Of a stretch of DNA of 64,000 nucleotides, positions 48,351 through 57,979 are shown one piece after another. The position numbers and the translations under genes were made by a program. The DNA is from a virus. The stretch lies in the IMG/VR virus record IMGVR_UViG_3300025141_015097, positions 3,509 to 67,508 of that record, one strand, 5' to 3'. A model generated the notes under the pieces. It saw nothing but the letters and a program-made list of their open reading frames with translations, was not told where the DNA came from and ran no database searches. Position 1 is the stretch's first letter; each line of letters opens with the position of its first letter.

Positions 48351-49054
48351 TTAAAAACCTCTTTTTGTGATAAATCAGAATAGTTTTCCCAACAACCCGA
48401 ATCTTTATTTACTTGAGGCAATTTATCCATTATCAAAATTCCTCGCGCTGCAGATTCGGGCGTCATGTATACGTGCCACCCCAACATCTCAAAATCATCA
48501 TCTGGGTAATAGACATCTAAATCTCTCCCATCATAAGAAGCTTTCTTTAGCCACCTATACGCTTCTTCAGAGTCCGTCAAAATTACCCCCCCCTTTCCTA
48601 TAGGAAGCCGCTTTTTAATTTGGAATGAGACAACCTGTAAAGCGTTTTCACCGACATACATATCTTTTGTAAATCTTACAGCCGAATCATAAATTGGGTA
48701 GGGCTTAAGCTGATAAAGACCGCTCCATTCTAAGTATTCAAAATTAACTTTGCATCCTGCATGAATTATTTGCATCGGCACAGAAACATAAGTATGCTTA
48801 GGTATTGTAATAATACCGCGCGCTTTAAAATATTTTAAGCTTAAAAATAATCCGCTGGAACATGAATCTACTGTGACGGCATATTTACAGCCAGCAAATT
48901 TTGCCATTTTCTGTTCAAATATCTCTATTATGTCTCTCGGATCATCCCATTCATATCCAGCCCTTCTAACGGCCTCCAGTTCCGGCCTATCCCACCCCTT
49001 GGGTGGTCTTCCAATGGGCCAGCTATTATACTTAACTTCATTATTTAGTTTCAT
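48347..49054 (-). CDS. Short DegT/DnrJ/EryC1/StrS-family PLP aminotransferase
   Basis: FEQKMAKFAGCKYAVTVDSCSSGLFL, IYDSA, SFQIKKRLPIGKGG; only 235 aa. Confidence 0.85.
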   Translation of the reverse strand: MKLNNEVKYNSWPIGRPPKGWDRPELEAVRRAGYEWDDPRDIIEIFEQKMAKFAGCKYAVTVDSCSSGLFLSLKYFKARGIITIPKHTYVSVPMQIIHAGCKVNFEYLEWSGLYQLKPYPIYDSAVRFTKDMYVGENALQVVSFQIKKRLPIGKGGVILTDSEEAYRWLKKASYDGRDLDVYYPDDDFEMLGWHVYMTPESAARGILIMDKLPQVNKDSGCWENYSDLSQKEVFK

Positions 49055-49678
49055 CTATACTCCCTCTACAACAAAAATACTTGATCTGCCCACTTTTTTC
49101 ATTAAATCAGAATCATATTTCTTTAGAGCTTCAGGTAAATAATCGTGCCCATAATCATAAGTGCGACCAAATCTTTGATAACTTAACCCCAAGCTCGACA
49201 AAGCCTTTTCCCAAAATTCTGGACTTTCAAACCTTGTCATCTCTCCCTCGTCATCTAAATTCTGTCTTAAATTATTAGGAACATCAAAAACAATCCTTGA
49301 CGCCTTTTGACTCTGAATTCTTAAAATCGACTCAATGTCTTTATCATTAAAATGTTCTAACACTCCTTGATGGATAATTGTATCATAGACCTCTTTATAA
49401 CTTGATTCGTTCAAAATATCACCAACATATAATTTATTTTTTAAATGAGGGTAGCGCGATGATGCTACCTCAACAGCCGCCGGCTCTAAATCAAAACCAA
49501 CTATATCATAATCTAAATCTCTTAACAGCTCGGTGGTAGTCCCAAACCCAAAGCCAGCCTCAAGAATTTTACCACTTGGCGTAGTGTGGTCCGCTATACA
49601 CTGAATAAATTGCTCTTGTATTATTGAGCTTCTGAATAAAGTAAATCTCTTTTTGGTTAGCCACTTTTCCCAAACCAT
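49055..49678 (-). CDS. Class I SAM-dependent methyltransferase
   Basis: ILEAGFGFG, GFD, YDTIIHQGVLEH. Confidence 0.85.
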   Translation of the reverse strand: MVWEKWLTKKRFTLFRSSIIQEQFIQCIADHTTPSGKILEAGFGFGTTTELLRDLDYDIVGFDLEPAAVEVASSRYPHLKNKLYVGDILNESSYKEVYDTIIHQGVLEHFNDKDIESILRIQSQKASRIVFDVPNNLRQNLDDEGEMTRFESPEFWEKALSSLGLSYQRFGRTYDYGHDYLPEALKKYDSDLMKKVGRSSIFVVEGV

Positions 49679-49679
49679 T

Positions 49680-50099
49680 CTATTCTCCTAATATAAACTC
49701 TTTGTCGTTTTTTTGTCCTTCATAAGGCCCCGTCTTATATTCGTATACAATGGTGCCCTCTTCTAAAATTTCATATGTGTGGCCACCGTATAAAGTAAAG
49801 CTAGCATCTCCCGGCTCTAAGATGGGAGTAGCTATAATGCTATCATCTATATCATAAAAAATACATTTCACCCTCCCCCTGATCACTATCCACGACTCTT
49901 GAGCGATTTGTTCAGGATACCGGCGATCTTTTAAAACATGCTTGTGTGGAAGGAAAGTTGTTCCTTTTTTCATATGAAGACTAGCACATTGAATAAAATT
50001 ATTTGGTGGAACTAACTCAGTTCTATTTTGTATTTCGTCGACGCGGTTAACCAAATGCAATAATTTATTGGGCTGAATTTTTGAATATATTTTCTCCAT
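49680..50099 (-). CDS. Cupin-fold protein (WbuC-like / sugar isomerase-like)
   Basis: PHKH...QESW and GGH...E.KTGPY cupin motifs. Confidence 0.75.
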   Translation of the reverse strand: MEKIYSKIQPNKLLHLVNRVDEIQNRTELVPPNNFIQCASLHMKKGTTFLPHKHVLKDRRYPEQIAQESWIVIRGRVKCIFYDIDDSIIATPILEPGDASFTLYGGHTYEILEEGTIVYEYKTGPYEGQKNDKEFILGE

Positions 50100-50145
50100 A
50101 TCCCACCTCTCTTGCGTTGCGTAATATTTTTTCTAGATTGTTCAT
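50065..50145 (-). other. 26-aa mini-ORF MNNLEKILRNAREVGYGENIFKNSAQ
   Basis: Has its own SD (AAGGA) and fills the only sizeable gap in the island; overlaps the cupin start out of frame. Confidence 0.35.
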
Positions 50146-50166
50146 TATTATTTCCTTAATAAAATT

Positions 50167-50811
50167 TTATAATATTTTGCACGCTGCTTGTTGGCCGGGA
50201 GCGGCAGTATAAGCGATCCACTCAAAATTTATGTCATTTTCAGCAACATATTCCATAAAAGCCTTATATTCATGCAAATGATAATTTGGATAATTGTACA
50301 ATTCGTCAAATAATATAACTGTCCCGGGAACGATTTGATTTTTTAAATACTTAAATACCGTCTTCGTCGAGTTATATAAGTCGCAATCAACGTGTAAAAA
50401 AGCCACATTTTCTTTGTGTTTTTCTACAAAAGTAGGCAACGTTTCCTCAAATAAACCATCTATTATTTTTAAACGTTCTACTTGAGGTATAACTCTGGCC
50501 TCTGTGCCAAACAAACATCCTCTAGGTAAAACGCGTGTGTCGGATGTTACCCAATCCTCTGGTAAGCCTCTAAACCAATCAAAGCCATATAAATGCTTGT
50601 CTGGTGGCATCATCTTTATAATCTCGGCAGCTGTTGCGCCGGAACAAACACCAAACTCAAGCCATTGGCCATCAACACTCACCGCATCTATACAATACTT
50701 AACATATGTTTCGTATCTTTTTATAAGCTGGTGTGGTGGAAATTCTTTAGCCTTAGAATTGTTAAAATTTATGTGCGGGAATTCAGCAACAGCAAACTCA
50801 AAAGATTTCAT
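50167..50811 (-). CDS. TylF/MycF/NovP-like O-methyltransferase
   Basis: WLEFGV, GFDWFRGLPEDW, GLFEETLP, FLHVDCDLY, ILFDE. Confidence 0.85.
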   Translation of the reverse strand: MKSFEFAVAEFPHINFNNSKAKEFPPHQLIKRYETYVKYCIDAVSVDGQWLEFGVCSGATAAEIIKMMPPDKHLYGFDWFRGLPEDWVTSDTRVLPRGCLFGTEARVIPQVERLKIIDGLFEETLPTFVEKHKENVAFLHVDCDLYNSTKTVFKYLKNQIVPGTVILFDELYNYPNYHLHEYKAFMEYVAENDINFEWIAYTAAPGQQAACKIL

Positions 50812-51727
50812 TTATTTTCCCCCACGTATTTTTACCTGTCGTAATGGCCTCATGAATAGTGGGCCATATATTGTATTTATTTAATATTAATTCTCTGGCC
50901 TTGCTTAAGGCAGGTATCCTTTTTTCGTAATCGCTATTTTTGACAATATCATGAATCCTGTGTGTCTCAGTCGGATTTGTGGCGTCAAATGTTATATACG
51001 ATCCTTCAGGGAAAAATTCTGACATATTTGTGCAGCCCCAGTATATTGGTACTGTCCAAGATAAAATTGCATCTGTAAATTGAGTTCCAAAATAATTTTT
51101 ATATTGTCCATTATCAAAAGCCAAACAATATTGATATTCTTTTTGCTTATTAAATTTATTTTCTACATAATCAGCGCCTTGGCCGCCATAACAAAGAAGC
51201 TGTCGTATATTTCCAAACAACTCGATTTCATTTCCGTATTCCCAAACAAATTTTCGAATAAAATTAACTCGTTTTTTATGACCATCTAAAAAAGTTTTGT
51301 TTGATTGAACACATATCAACTTTTTTTCTTTTATGGGAAGTTGTTCAAAGCTCATCTCACTTAAAGTGTCGTATGACATCGCCACGCCTCCGACGCGGCG
51401 AGGATAAACCCACTTTGTATACAAATATGATGACTCGTCTAGAAAAGAGAATTTTTTTGCATTTGGAATATGATCAATTCTTCCGCCGCCGATCGGCTCT
51501 CTTGAAAAATAATAAACCCTAGACACATCTGGAATTGGGGCGTCTGTATAATCCTGTACAATATAATAATCTGCCTCCTCGATGTCTAAAGTTGCTTCCA
51601 TGTTTTTCCACTTGCCAGCGAGGCCGGGAGTTTGGAGTTTCAGCGTTTCAAACATAACCTTCGAAGTTTCACCCCACGCAGGCATAAAATATATTTTGAT
51701 TTTTTGTTTATCAAAACTGTGCGGCAT
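50798..51727 (-). CDS. GT10-like (alpha-1,3/4-fucosyltransferase-like) glycosyltransferase, variant motif
   Basis: YCLAFDN...NYFGTQFTDAILSWTVPIYWG aligns with the GT10 motif LAFEN...Y.TEK...VPIY.G. Confidence 0.75.
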   Translation of the reverse strand: MPHSFDKQKIKIYFMPAWGETSKVMFETLKLQTPGLAGKWKNMEATLDIEEADYYIVQDYTDAPIPDVSRVYYFSREPIGGGRIDHIPNAKKFSFLDESSYLYTKWVYPRRVGGVAMSYDTLSEMSFEQLPIKEKKLICVQSNKTFLDGHKKRVNFIRKFVWEYGNEIELFGNIRQLLCYGGQGADYVENKFNKQKEYQYCLAFDNGQYKNYFGTQFTDAILSWTVPIYWGCTNMSEFFPEGSYITFDATNPTETHRIHDIVKNSDYEKRIPALSKARELILNKYNIWPTIHEAITTGKNTWGKINEIF

Positions 51728-52592
51728 TATATTTTTCCTCTGAAAATCTTTTTTTCCAATAACTTAACGTTGCTTTCTGTAAGTTTGTTTTCTTGCCAAT
51801 CAAATAATCATATTGTTCATTCAAATATTTTTCTGTCAACTCTTTTACATCATTATATACTAATATTGGTAAATCTTCATAAAACTCTATATTAATGTGT
51901 CTAGGAATAATTGGCACAGCACCAACGTATATTGCTTGCCAAACTCTACCACAATCGACACCATTGCCCAAAGGAGAAATAACAAATTTATGATTGTAAA
52001 GCTCTTGATAATAATCTTTTATAGAAACAAACCCATCTGATTTTTCGTAATCTTTTGGGGGAATATCACAAGCTTTTTCAGTAACCCATGGCTTATCTTT
52101 AAAATGTTCATATATTGGCCTTCGATGTTGAGGGTTTGTGTGGATACCAAAATTCATATAAACTAAATTTTGAAATTTCTTAGGTGCAAGAGTTTCTTTT
52201 ATTAAAACAAAATCGTGTATATCTTTTCGGTCTGCATATTTTTCAATCCCAATCCACGTAGCTCCGGTCGAACCGATCGGTATTGATATCAAACGTGGAT
52301 TTTTATAATCCACATTTTGAGCAAACCACCTATAAACATTGGGTGGCGCTCGTTTAAACAGCCGCTCTCCAATATTAATATCGCTATTTTGTGTTACAAG
52401 AATATATTGAGTGCTAAAATTTTTTATGCATTCAGCAAAAAAGCTCAGCACATAATCTGTTTTGCAAAAAATTATAAAAGCTTTGCCCGGATGGTGGGGG
52501 AGCGCAGCAGAGGGAACATATGTGTGCTCACAACACCAATCTCTTAAACGATCGCCGGTGATACGGTCGACCTGTGATACAGTCGTTTTCAC
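51711..52592 (-). CDS. Exostosin/GT47-like glycosyltransferase
   Basis: HKFVISPLGNGVDCGRVWQAIYVGAVPII. Confidence 0.7.
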   Translation of the reverse strand: MKTTVSQVDRITGDRLRDWCCEHTYVPSAALPHHPGKAFIIFCKTDYVLSFFAECIKNFSTQYILVTQNSDINIGERLFKRAPPNVYRWFAQNVDYKNPRLISIPIGSTGATWIGIEKYADRKDIHDFVLIKETLAPKKFQNLVYMNFGIHTNPQHRRPIYEHFKDKPWVTEKACDIPPKDYEKSDGFVSIKDYYQELYNHKFVISPLGNGVDCGRVWQAIYVGAVPIIPRHINIEFYEDLPILVYNDVKELTEKYLNEQYDYLIGKKTNLQKATLSYWKKRFSEEKYNAAQF

Positions 52593-52595
52593 AAT

Positions 52596-53399
52596 TTATA
52601 TGCTAGCCCACGGAACATCAAAACACTCCCTAAAAAGGCTTGACGTACTATCCCAATCTTCATGAGTTATTATCTTTCTATCGGACGGCACTAAGGCATT
52701 ATTTTTGATATATGATATATCTTCTTCTTCTAAAAACGTTAAATTAACAGCAGTACCCATAACGCGATTTGCCAACGCTTCAATTTTTCTAACACACCAC
52801 TTGTCTTTTGTTGCCAAAACTCTAAAACCATCATCATACGTTGCCTTGTCGCCCTCTATCTCCCACTGCCACGGAGACCAGCCTCTTTGGATTGTCGATA
52901 AAAAATATCTTCTATTCCATATAGAAGGCTGACCAGTTAATTTCCCAAGATAATTGTGAACCTTGGGATGCTGAGCTAATTCAATTAAATCATATCCGCC
53001 CACTTGACCACACTCTAATATATCTGCTGGGTGGCGGCCGTGTTGTATTCCATAATGCAAGCCAATTCTAGCAATATTTGGGTTCATCATGTTTTGTAAA
53101 ATATTAAACAACTCTTTATCTACTGGGCGTGCGATTAAATGATCCTCTATCATTAGAACCATATAATCATCCTCAATCGAACTAAAGTAGTCAATCAAGT
53201 ATGTTGACCAATTTGCCGCGGCACCTTTTTGTTCCGGGGCCATACTAACAAATTCAAAATTTTTGGGAAGTTCTTTGTTTGGAGGAGTAAACCCCAAGAC
53301 CTTAACTTCCATGGAATCATCCCAATATTTATTAAAAAGATAAGCGAAAGTTGGGACGATAAAAACATTTGGGTCAGAAGTCGTTACATATACTTTCAT
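52596..53399 (-). CDS. Putative GT-A glycosyltransferase
   Basis: LFNKYW...MVLMIEDH...QPSIW...SPWQWE; island context. Confidence 0.55.
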   Translation of the reverse strand: MKVYVTTSDPNVFIVPTFAYLFNKYWDDSMEVKVLGFTPPNKELPKNFEFVSMAPEQKGAAANWSTYLIDYFSSIEDDYMVLMIEDHLIARPVDKELFNILQNMMNPNIARIGLHYGIQHGRHPADILECGQVGGYDLIELAQHPKVHNYLGKLTGQPSIWNRRYFLSTIQRGWSPWQWEIEGDKATYDDGFRVLATKDKWCVRKIEALANRVMGTAVNLTFLEEEDISYIKNNALVPSDRKIITHEDWDSTSSLFRECFDVPWASI

Positions 53400-54460
53400 T
53401 TTAAATAATCTCCCAATCTTGAATTTCTTGGTATAGAAAAAGCCTCACACGAAGGAAAAGGGTTGGTTGGTGCAAAATCATTAATAATAATTCGTTTGCT
53501 ATGATTGCACCCTGTTATAATTGTTTTGTATTTTATTTTATGCTTTTTCATAAATTCTTTAAATTGTGTTAAATATTCCTCTGTGCGACTGGTCATAAAG
53601 ATAATTTCGCTATTTTCTGCGGATAATTTTTTAAGAATACTAATATTTTTTTCTATTGGCTTAAAATAATTCGACCAATTATTTTTACCATATTTACCGC
53701 AATTTTCCAACAAAACCCCGTCGATGTCAAAAATATATGTTTTGTATCTATCAAGTTCGCGATACCATTCTTTCTGAGTGTTCCAATCTACATATTCTGA
53801 CGCTTCTACATACTCAAAAATTACTTTTTGATTTATAATAAGATATGATATTATGTGGCTAACATAAATCTCATTTTCGCGCTTATAAACATCATTGTCG
53901 CATATTTTTTTGTATGCATCAACAAATTCTTCAGAAGACATCGAAAATATTCCAAGGCAAATTATATTTGAAACGATTTCTTTTTCCAATATATCTCGTA
54001 CTATGTTATCATCATTTTTGAGAATAAAACTTTTTTCTTGAATATTCTCAATAGTGCTGTTCTCGTCTACTTTAAGCCCCACAATATAATTTCTGTTTGG
54101 GTGGTACACAGACTTTACCAAACAATCAGAATCTTTTATTACTATTTGATTATTAATCTTAAATCTTTTTATTGTTTCATAAATTGTCTCGGCAGGAGAT
54201 TTAGTCTGTTCTTCCAAGATTAGCAATTCCACAGAATCTCCAAATATTTGCTTCAAAATAATATCAGCATTATGAACTTCACAATGTTCTTTTAATATGG
54301 TTATAACAGTTCTATTATATTTTTCATAATCCATAGAATTAAGGACCATCTCAATCATAAGTTTCCCTGTCGGATGCGTAAGCAACCATTTTGGCCTCAT
54401 GTTTGGATATCTACTAGATTTGCCGGCGGCTGGAATTATTAAACTTATTTCTTTTGTCAT
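53396..54460 (-). CDS. Nucleotidyltransferase fused to HAD phosphatase
   Basis: LIIPAAGKSSRYP..RPK N-terminus; C-terminal FDIDG...FMTSR...IND. Confidence 0.85.
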   Translation of the reverse strand: MTKEISLIIPAAGKSSRYPNMRPKWLLTHPTGKLMIEMVLNSMDYEKYNRTVITILKEHCEVHNADIILKQIFGDSVELLILEEQTKSPAETIYETIKRFKINNQIVIKDSDCLVKSVYHPNRNYIVGLKVDENSTIENIQEKSFILKNDDNIVRDILEKEIVSNIICLGIFSMSSEEFVDAYKKICDNDVYKRENEIYVSHIISYLIINQKVIFEYVEASEYVDWNTQKEWYRELDRYKTYIFDIDGVLLENCGKYGKNNWSNYFKPIEKNISILKKLSAENSEIIFMTSRTEEYLTQFKEFMKKHKIKYKTIITGCNHSKRIIINDFAPTNPFPSCEAFSIPRNSRLGDYLK

Positions 54461-56313
54461 TGTATATTTCTAGGTCTCATGTGCGATGGGACTTCAATTG
54501 TATCATCTTCCATTAATCTTCCATGCCCAACTCTACGCACCCCAGTGTTAACATCTATCTCGAATCCCACCGATTTATCATCTAATTCTTTATTAGCCAT
54601 GCGGTCTCTAAGCCCTAGGCGTGACCATCTAGATTCTTCTTCTGCATTCTTTCTACCCATCCACCAATCCGCCAGACTCATTTCTAAAGTTGGATCAATG
54701 TGATGATAAGCAAAGTATGATAAATGACCTAAAATCTGAATCTTTTTTTGCTTCCAAAATTTTCCTTCATATAGTTTTTCTAGATTGTGTGTCCCATATA
54801 AAAACATCAATTTCTTGAGCCACCTTTGATGTTCGGGCGTATACGTGAAAAATTTCTCAGTTGCAATAAAGTTATCGTCAAATATATTTCTTTGAAAATA
54901 GGTGCTCACAGCATACGGATTTACGCTATTTTGCCAAGTCTGAATTCCTGCTGCTTGCATATGAGGATCGGGTTTGAGCCAATACTCATCAAATCCATTT
55001 TGTTTTGCTAACTGATAATACATTGCCGTACCGGGAAGAGGAATGATGGCGCCCGATAGTTGCCACAAGTGGACGGCTTCCTTAACATCATGAAAAAATT
55101 TGATACCGTTCTGTATGTTATGAGGCTTTTCCCACGGCAAACCAACCATCATATTGGCGAAAACCTGAATTCCTGCTTCATAAGTTTGCCAGATAGCATC
55201 ATAATTTCTCTGTACCTTCACCTTTTTCATAAGTTTATCGAGAGTTTCCTGATCGCCGCTTTCAATACCATACGATATCATATAGCAGCCGGCTTCTTTC
55301 ATAGCCGTTAACATTTCAGGATTAACCATATCAACGCGAGAATTGACTCTCCAAGTTACTTGTGGGAATTCCTTTTTAATAGCTTCACAGTAAGCAAAAA
55401 CATGTTTTTTTCTTGTCGTAAAATTATCATCAGCAATATTGAAATTTGTAATGCCGCGTTCATTCACAACCTCTCGGATTCTTTCTATCGTTGTTTCTGG
55501 CGAATAACAACGTATTTTGCTGCCAAACACACCACTATTACAGTAAGTACAGCGCCCGGGGCAACCACGGGTTGTATATAGGCGATGATGGCCTCTTATG
55601 ACGCCACCCACACGAAAAGCCTCATCATCAAAAATATCATGAACTGGTGTAGGAAGCTCATCTAAATTCTCCACCAATGCACGAGGGGGTGTAGAGATTA
55701 TTTCTCCAGTTGCCTCCGAGCGAAAGGTAATCGATTTAATTTTAGATAATGCGTTGGCTGCATGTACTGTCGAGAGCGCTTGTTCAAGTACCCTTGACGC
55801 ACGATGCTCAGTTGTTCTCTTCAGCGCAAATACTGCATTTGCTTTGTCCATATTTTCCGCAGTAAGCATCTTCATATCAGAATTAGAGCCAGCCAATGTC
55901 TCATTCTTCCAATGTTTACAAAGTTCTCTTATAGTTTCTTCGCCTTCGCCGCGGACTACAATATCTGCCCCCCACTTAATGCCCTCCACTGGTTGAGATG
56001 AAGGGTGCGCGCCGCCAAGGATAACCGTCAAATTTTCGGCTTTCATCGCAGCTACTATTTCATATGCCTCTAATACTTGTAGAGTATACATAGAAACTCC
56101 TACATATGTTGCTCCCCAATCTCGGGCAATTTGAACATAGTCGTCAACCTTCAGTGGTTTTTTAAAAGTATTTACCGCCGTCTTCACAGCAAACCCCTCT
56201 TCTCTTAAAACTGCAGCCAACATTGATAATGCTCTGGGGATTTCACCAACAGTAAGAGTATAAATTAATAAAAATCGCAATTTATTTTTTGTTTTATCTA
56301 TTTTTTTATTCAT
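54457..56313 (-). CDS. B12-binding radical SAM protein (class B methyltransferase-like)
   Basis: ILGGAHPS...DIVVRGEGE cobalamin-binding region; TRGCPGRCTYC; DDNF; GIESG; MVGLPWE. Confidence 0.92.
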   Translation of the reverse strand: MNKKIDKTKNKLRFLLIYTLTVGEIPRALSMLAAVLREEGFAVKTAVNTFKKPLKVDDYVQIARDWGATYVGVSMYTLQVLEAYEIVAAMKAENLTVILGGAHPSSQPVEGIKWGADIVVRGEGEETIRELCKHWKNETLAGSNSDMKMLTAENMDKANAVFALKRTTEHRASRVLEQALSTVHAANALSKIKSITFRSEATGEIISTPPRALVENLDELPTPVHDIFDDEAFRVGGVIRGHHRLYTTRGCPGRCTYCNSGVFGSKIRCYSPETTIERIREVVNERGITNFNIADDNFTTRKKHVFAYCEAIKKEFPQVTWRVNSRVDMVNPEMLTAMKEAGCYMISYGIESGDQETLDKLMKKVKVQRNYDAIWQTYEAGIQVFANMMVGLPWEKPHNIQNGIKFFHDVKEAVHLWQLSGAIIPLPGTAMYYQLAKQNGFDEYWLKPDPHMQAAGIQTWQNSVNPYAVSTYFQRNIFDDNFIATEKFFTYTPEHQRWLKKLMFLYGTHNLEKLYEGKFWKQKKIQILGHLSYFAYHHIDPTLEMSLADWWMGRKNAEEESRWSRLGLRDRMANKELDDKSVGFEIDVNTGVRRVGHGRLMEDDTIEVPSHMRPRNIQ

Positions 56314-57107
56314 TTTATGTCATATTTGTTACCAATATATTGTAACTTTTCCTCTAAAAATTTTAAAGTATCTCTATCTGAATACGGAATAATTCGCAGC
56401 AAATTTAATATTAAAAATCTTTTTGTTATTTCCGCCTCGCGTTCTGTGAGGTTTTGCATGACTCTATCATAAATATATATGTTTTTTATAAAAGGCGCTC
56501 TTTTGTTGTATCGCCAAGACCACATTAATAAAACATCTTGAAGCAACTTGCTATAATCAATGTACTTGGTCTCTACAAATGAATCAAGAAAATCAATTAA
56601 ATATATTTCATTCCTGTAAATTAAAATATTCTCAAAAGTCAAATCGCCATGATTATTAGAAATTGGTATATTTGACCAATCATAGTTTAGGCAATACTCA
56701 CAATACTTAAACATTTCTAAAGGCAGCTGCTCTTTTAAGTTTTTTATTTTTTCTTGCACATTGGAAGTTATATCTGCTTCAGAGGTTGCTATATTTTTTA
56801 AAAAAAGAAGTATTTTTTTAAGTTGCGGTGCAGTATTATCGATAGCATTTAGTGCTACAAAATTATGAAAAGGGTCGCCGCCTATAAATTCCATATCAAA
56901 AAAAAATAAACCAGACTTGTTTCCAGATTTATAAATTTTCGGCGTTTTCAGCACACAATCTTGAAAAGCCGCCTGTTTGTTCATTTGAGATTTAAGTCTT
57001 TCGTTGTATTGGACAGAAGAAGAAATTTTTCTAACATATTTTTTATTATTTTCCTCACATAAAAACACCCCGCAACCAGAATGCCCGCTTAACTCTTTAA
57101 TGATCAC
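56310..57107 (-). CDS. APH/choline-kinase-like phosphotransferase
   Basis: LSGHSGC, HGDLTFENIL, LIDF. Confidence 0.85.
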   Translation of the reverse strand: MIIKELSGHSGCGVFLCEENNKKYVRKISSSVQYNERLKSQMNKQAAFQDCVLKTPKIYKSGNKSGLFFFDMEFIGGDPFHNFVALNAIDNTAPQLKKILLFLKNIATSEADITSNVQEKIKNLKEQLPLEMFKYCEYCLNYDWSNIPISNNHGDLTFENILIYRNEIYLIDFLDSFVETKYIDYSKLLQDVLLMWSWRYNKRAPFIKNIYIYDRVMQNLTEREAEITKRFLILNLLRIIPYSDRDTLKFLEEKLQYIGNKYDIK

Positions 57108-57109
57108 AA

Positions 57110-57967
57110 CTACTTTGTACCCACGCTTGCTCTTGGGTGTGCGCTTGGATCAAAAGATAAATCATAATTTTTTACAAAAGAATCTAAAAAGGGTTTATGT
57201 TTATTTGTTCTTACCCCAATTTTTCTTAAAAGAGACCACGTTTCATATTCCAGCCCCAAAAATCTTTCTTTTTCAATTAAACCACGCGTATACAAGTGCC
57301 ACCTACTTATGATATGAGAAGAAACCTTGGCTGCGCGGGCCTCTCCAACTTCATTTACAACAAAATTTTCTAATTCACCATTATCAACCATATATTCATC
57401 TAGATGATCATAAAGTGTTGCAAATTTGTTAATATTTTCTGTATTTGAAAAAACCCAGCATTCTTGGTATCCAAAAAATTTCTTATTTTGTGTCCAATTA
57501 TAATGCCAATGTGATACATAAAACTTATCCATATCCAATCTAGAAAATATAATCGGCCTATAAAAAACCAGATCAAACCTACAAACCATTACACAATCAT
57601 AAAGAAAATTGTTTTCTTTTTCATGTTGCGTTTTAAGATTTACGACCTCTTTAAAAGAATGCCAACGACTGTATATGCCCTGTATTTTTCTTTGAATATT
57701 ATTCTCAAAATCAAAATGTGAATAGGGGTGTTTAAAATTGGGAAATATTGGTTCTTGATATTTTGACAACTTGGGTTTGTATGCTTCCTCTATTTCTTCC
57801 TTCGCGGCGGATCCCCAAGTATGAACAAAGACATCTACTTCGTCGTTTATATTAACAATGTTGTCTAAAAAATAAGGTACTGCGTCTTTAAAATTCACAG
57901 ATATATTTTGATTTTGTTGTTGATTTGTTCCAGACGCAATGCCATGAAAACACAAAGCCACCCTCAT
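57110..57967 (-). CDS. Putative glycosyltransferase
   Basis: MRVALCFHG...DVFVHTW...YDCVMVCRFD pattern; island context. Confidence 0.55.
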   Translation of the reverse strand: MRVALCFHGIASGTNQQQNQNISVNFKDAVPYFLDNIVNINDEVDVFVHTWGSAAKEEIEEAYKPKLSKYQEPIFPNFKHPYSHFDFENNIQRKIQGIYSRWHSFKEVVNLKTQHEKENNFLYDCVMVCRFDLVFYRPIIFSRLDMDKFYVSHWHYNWTQNKKFFGYQECWVFSNTENINKFATLYDHLDEYMVDNGELENFVVNEVGEARAAKVSSHIISRWHLYTRGLIEKERFLGLEYETWSLLRKIGVRTNKHKPFLDSFVKNYDLSFDPSAHPRASVGTK

Positions 57968-57979
57968 AATTGTTTCCCC

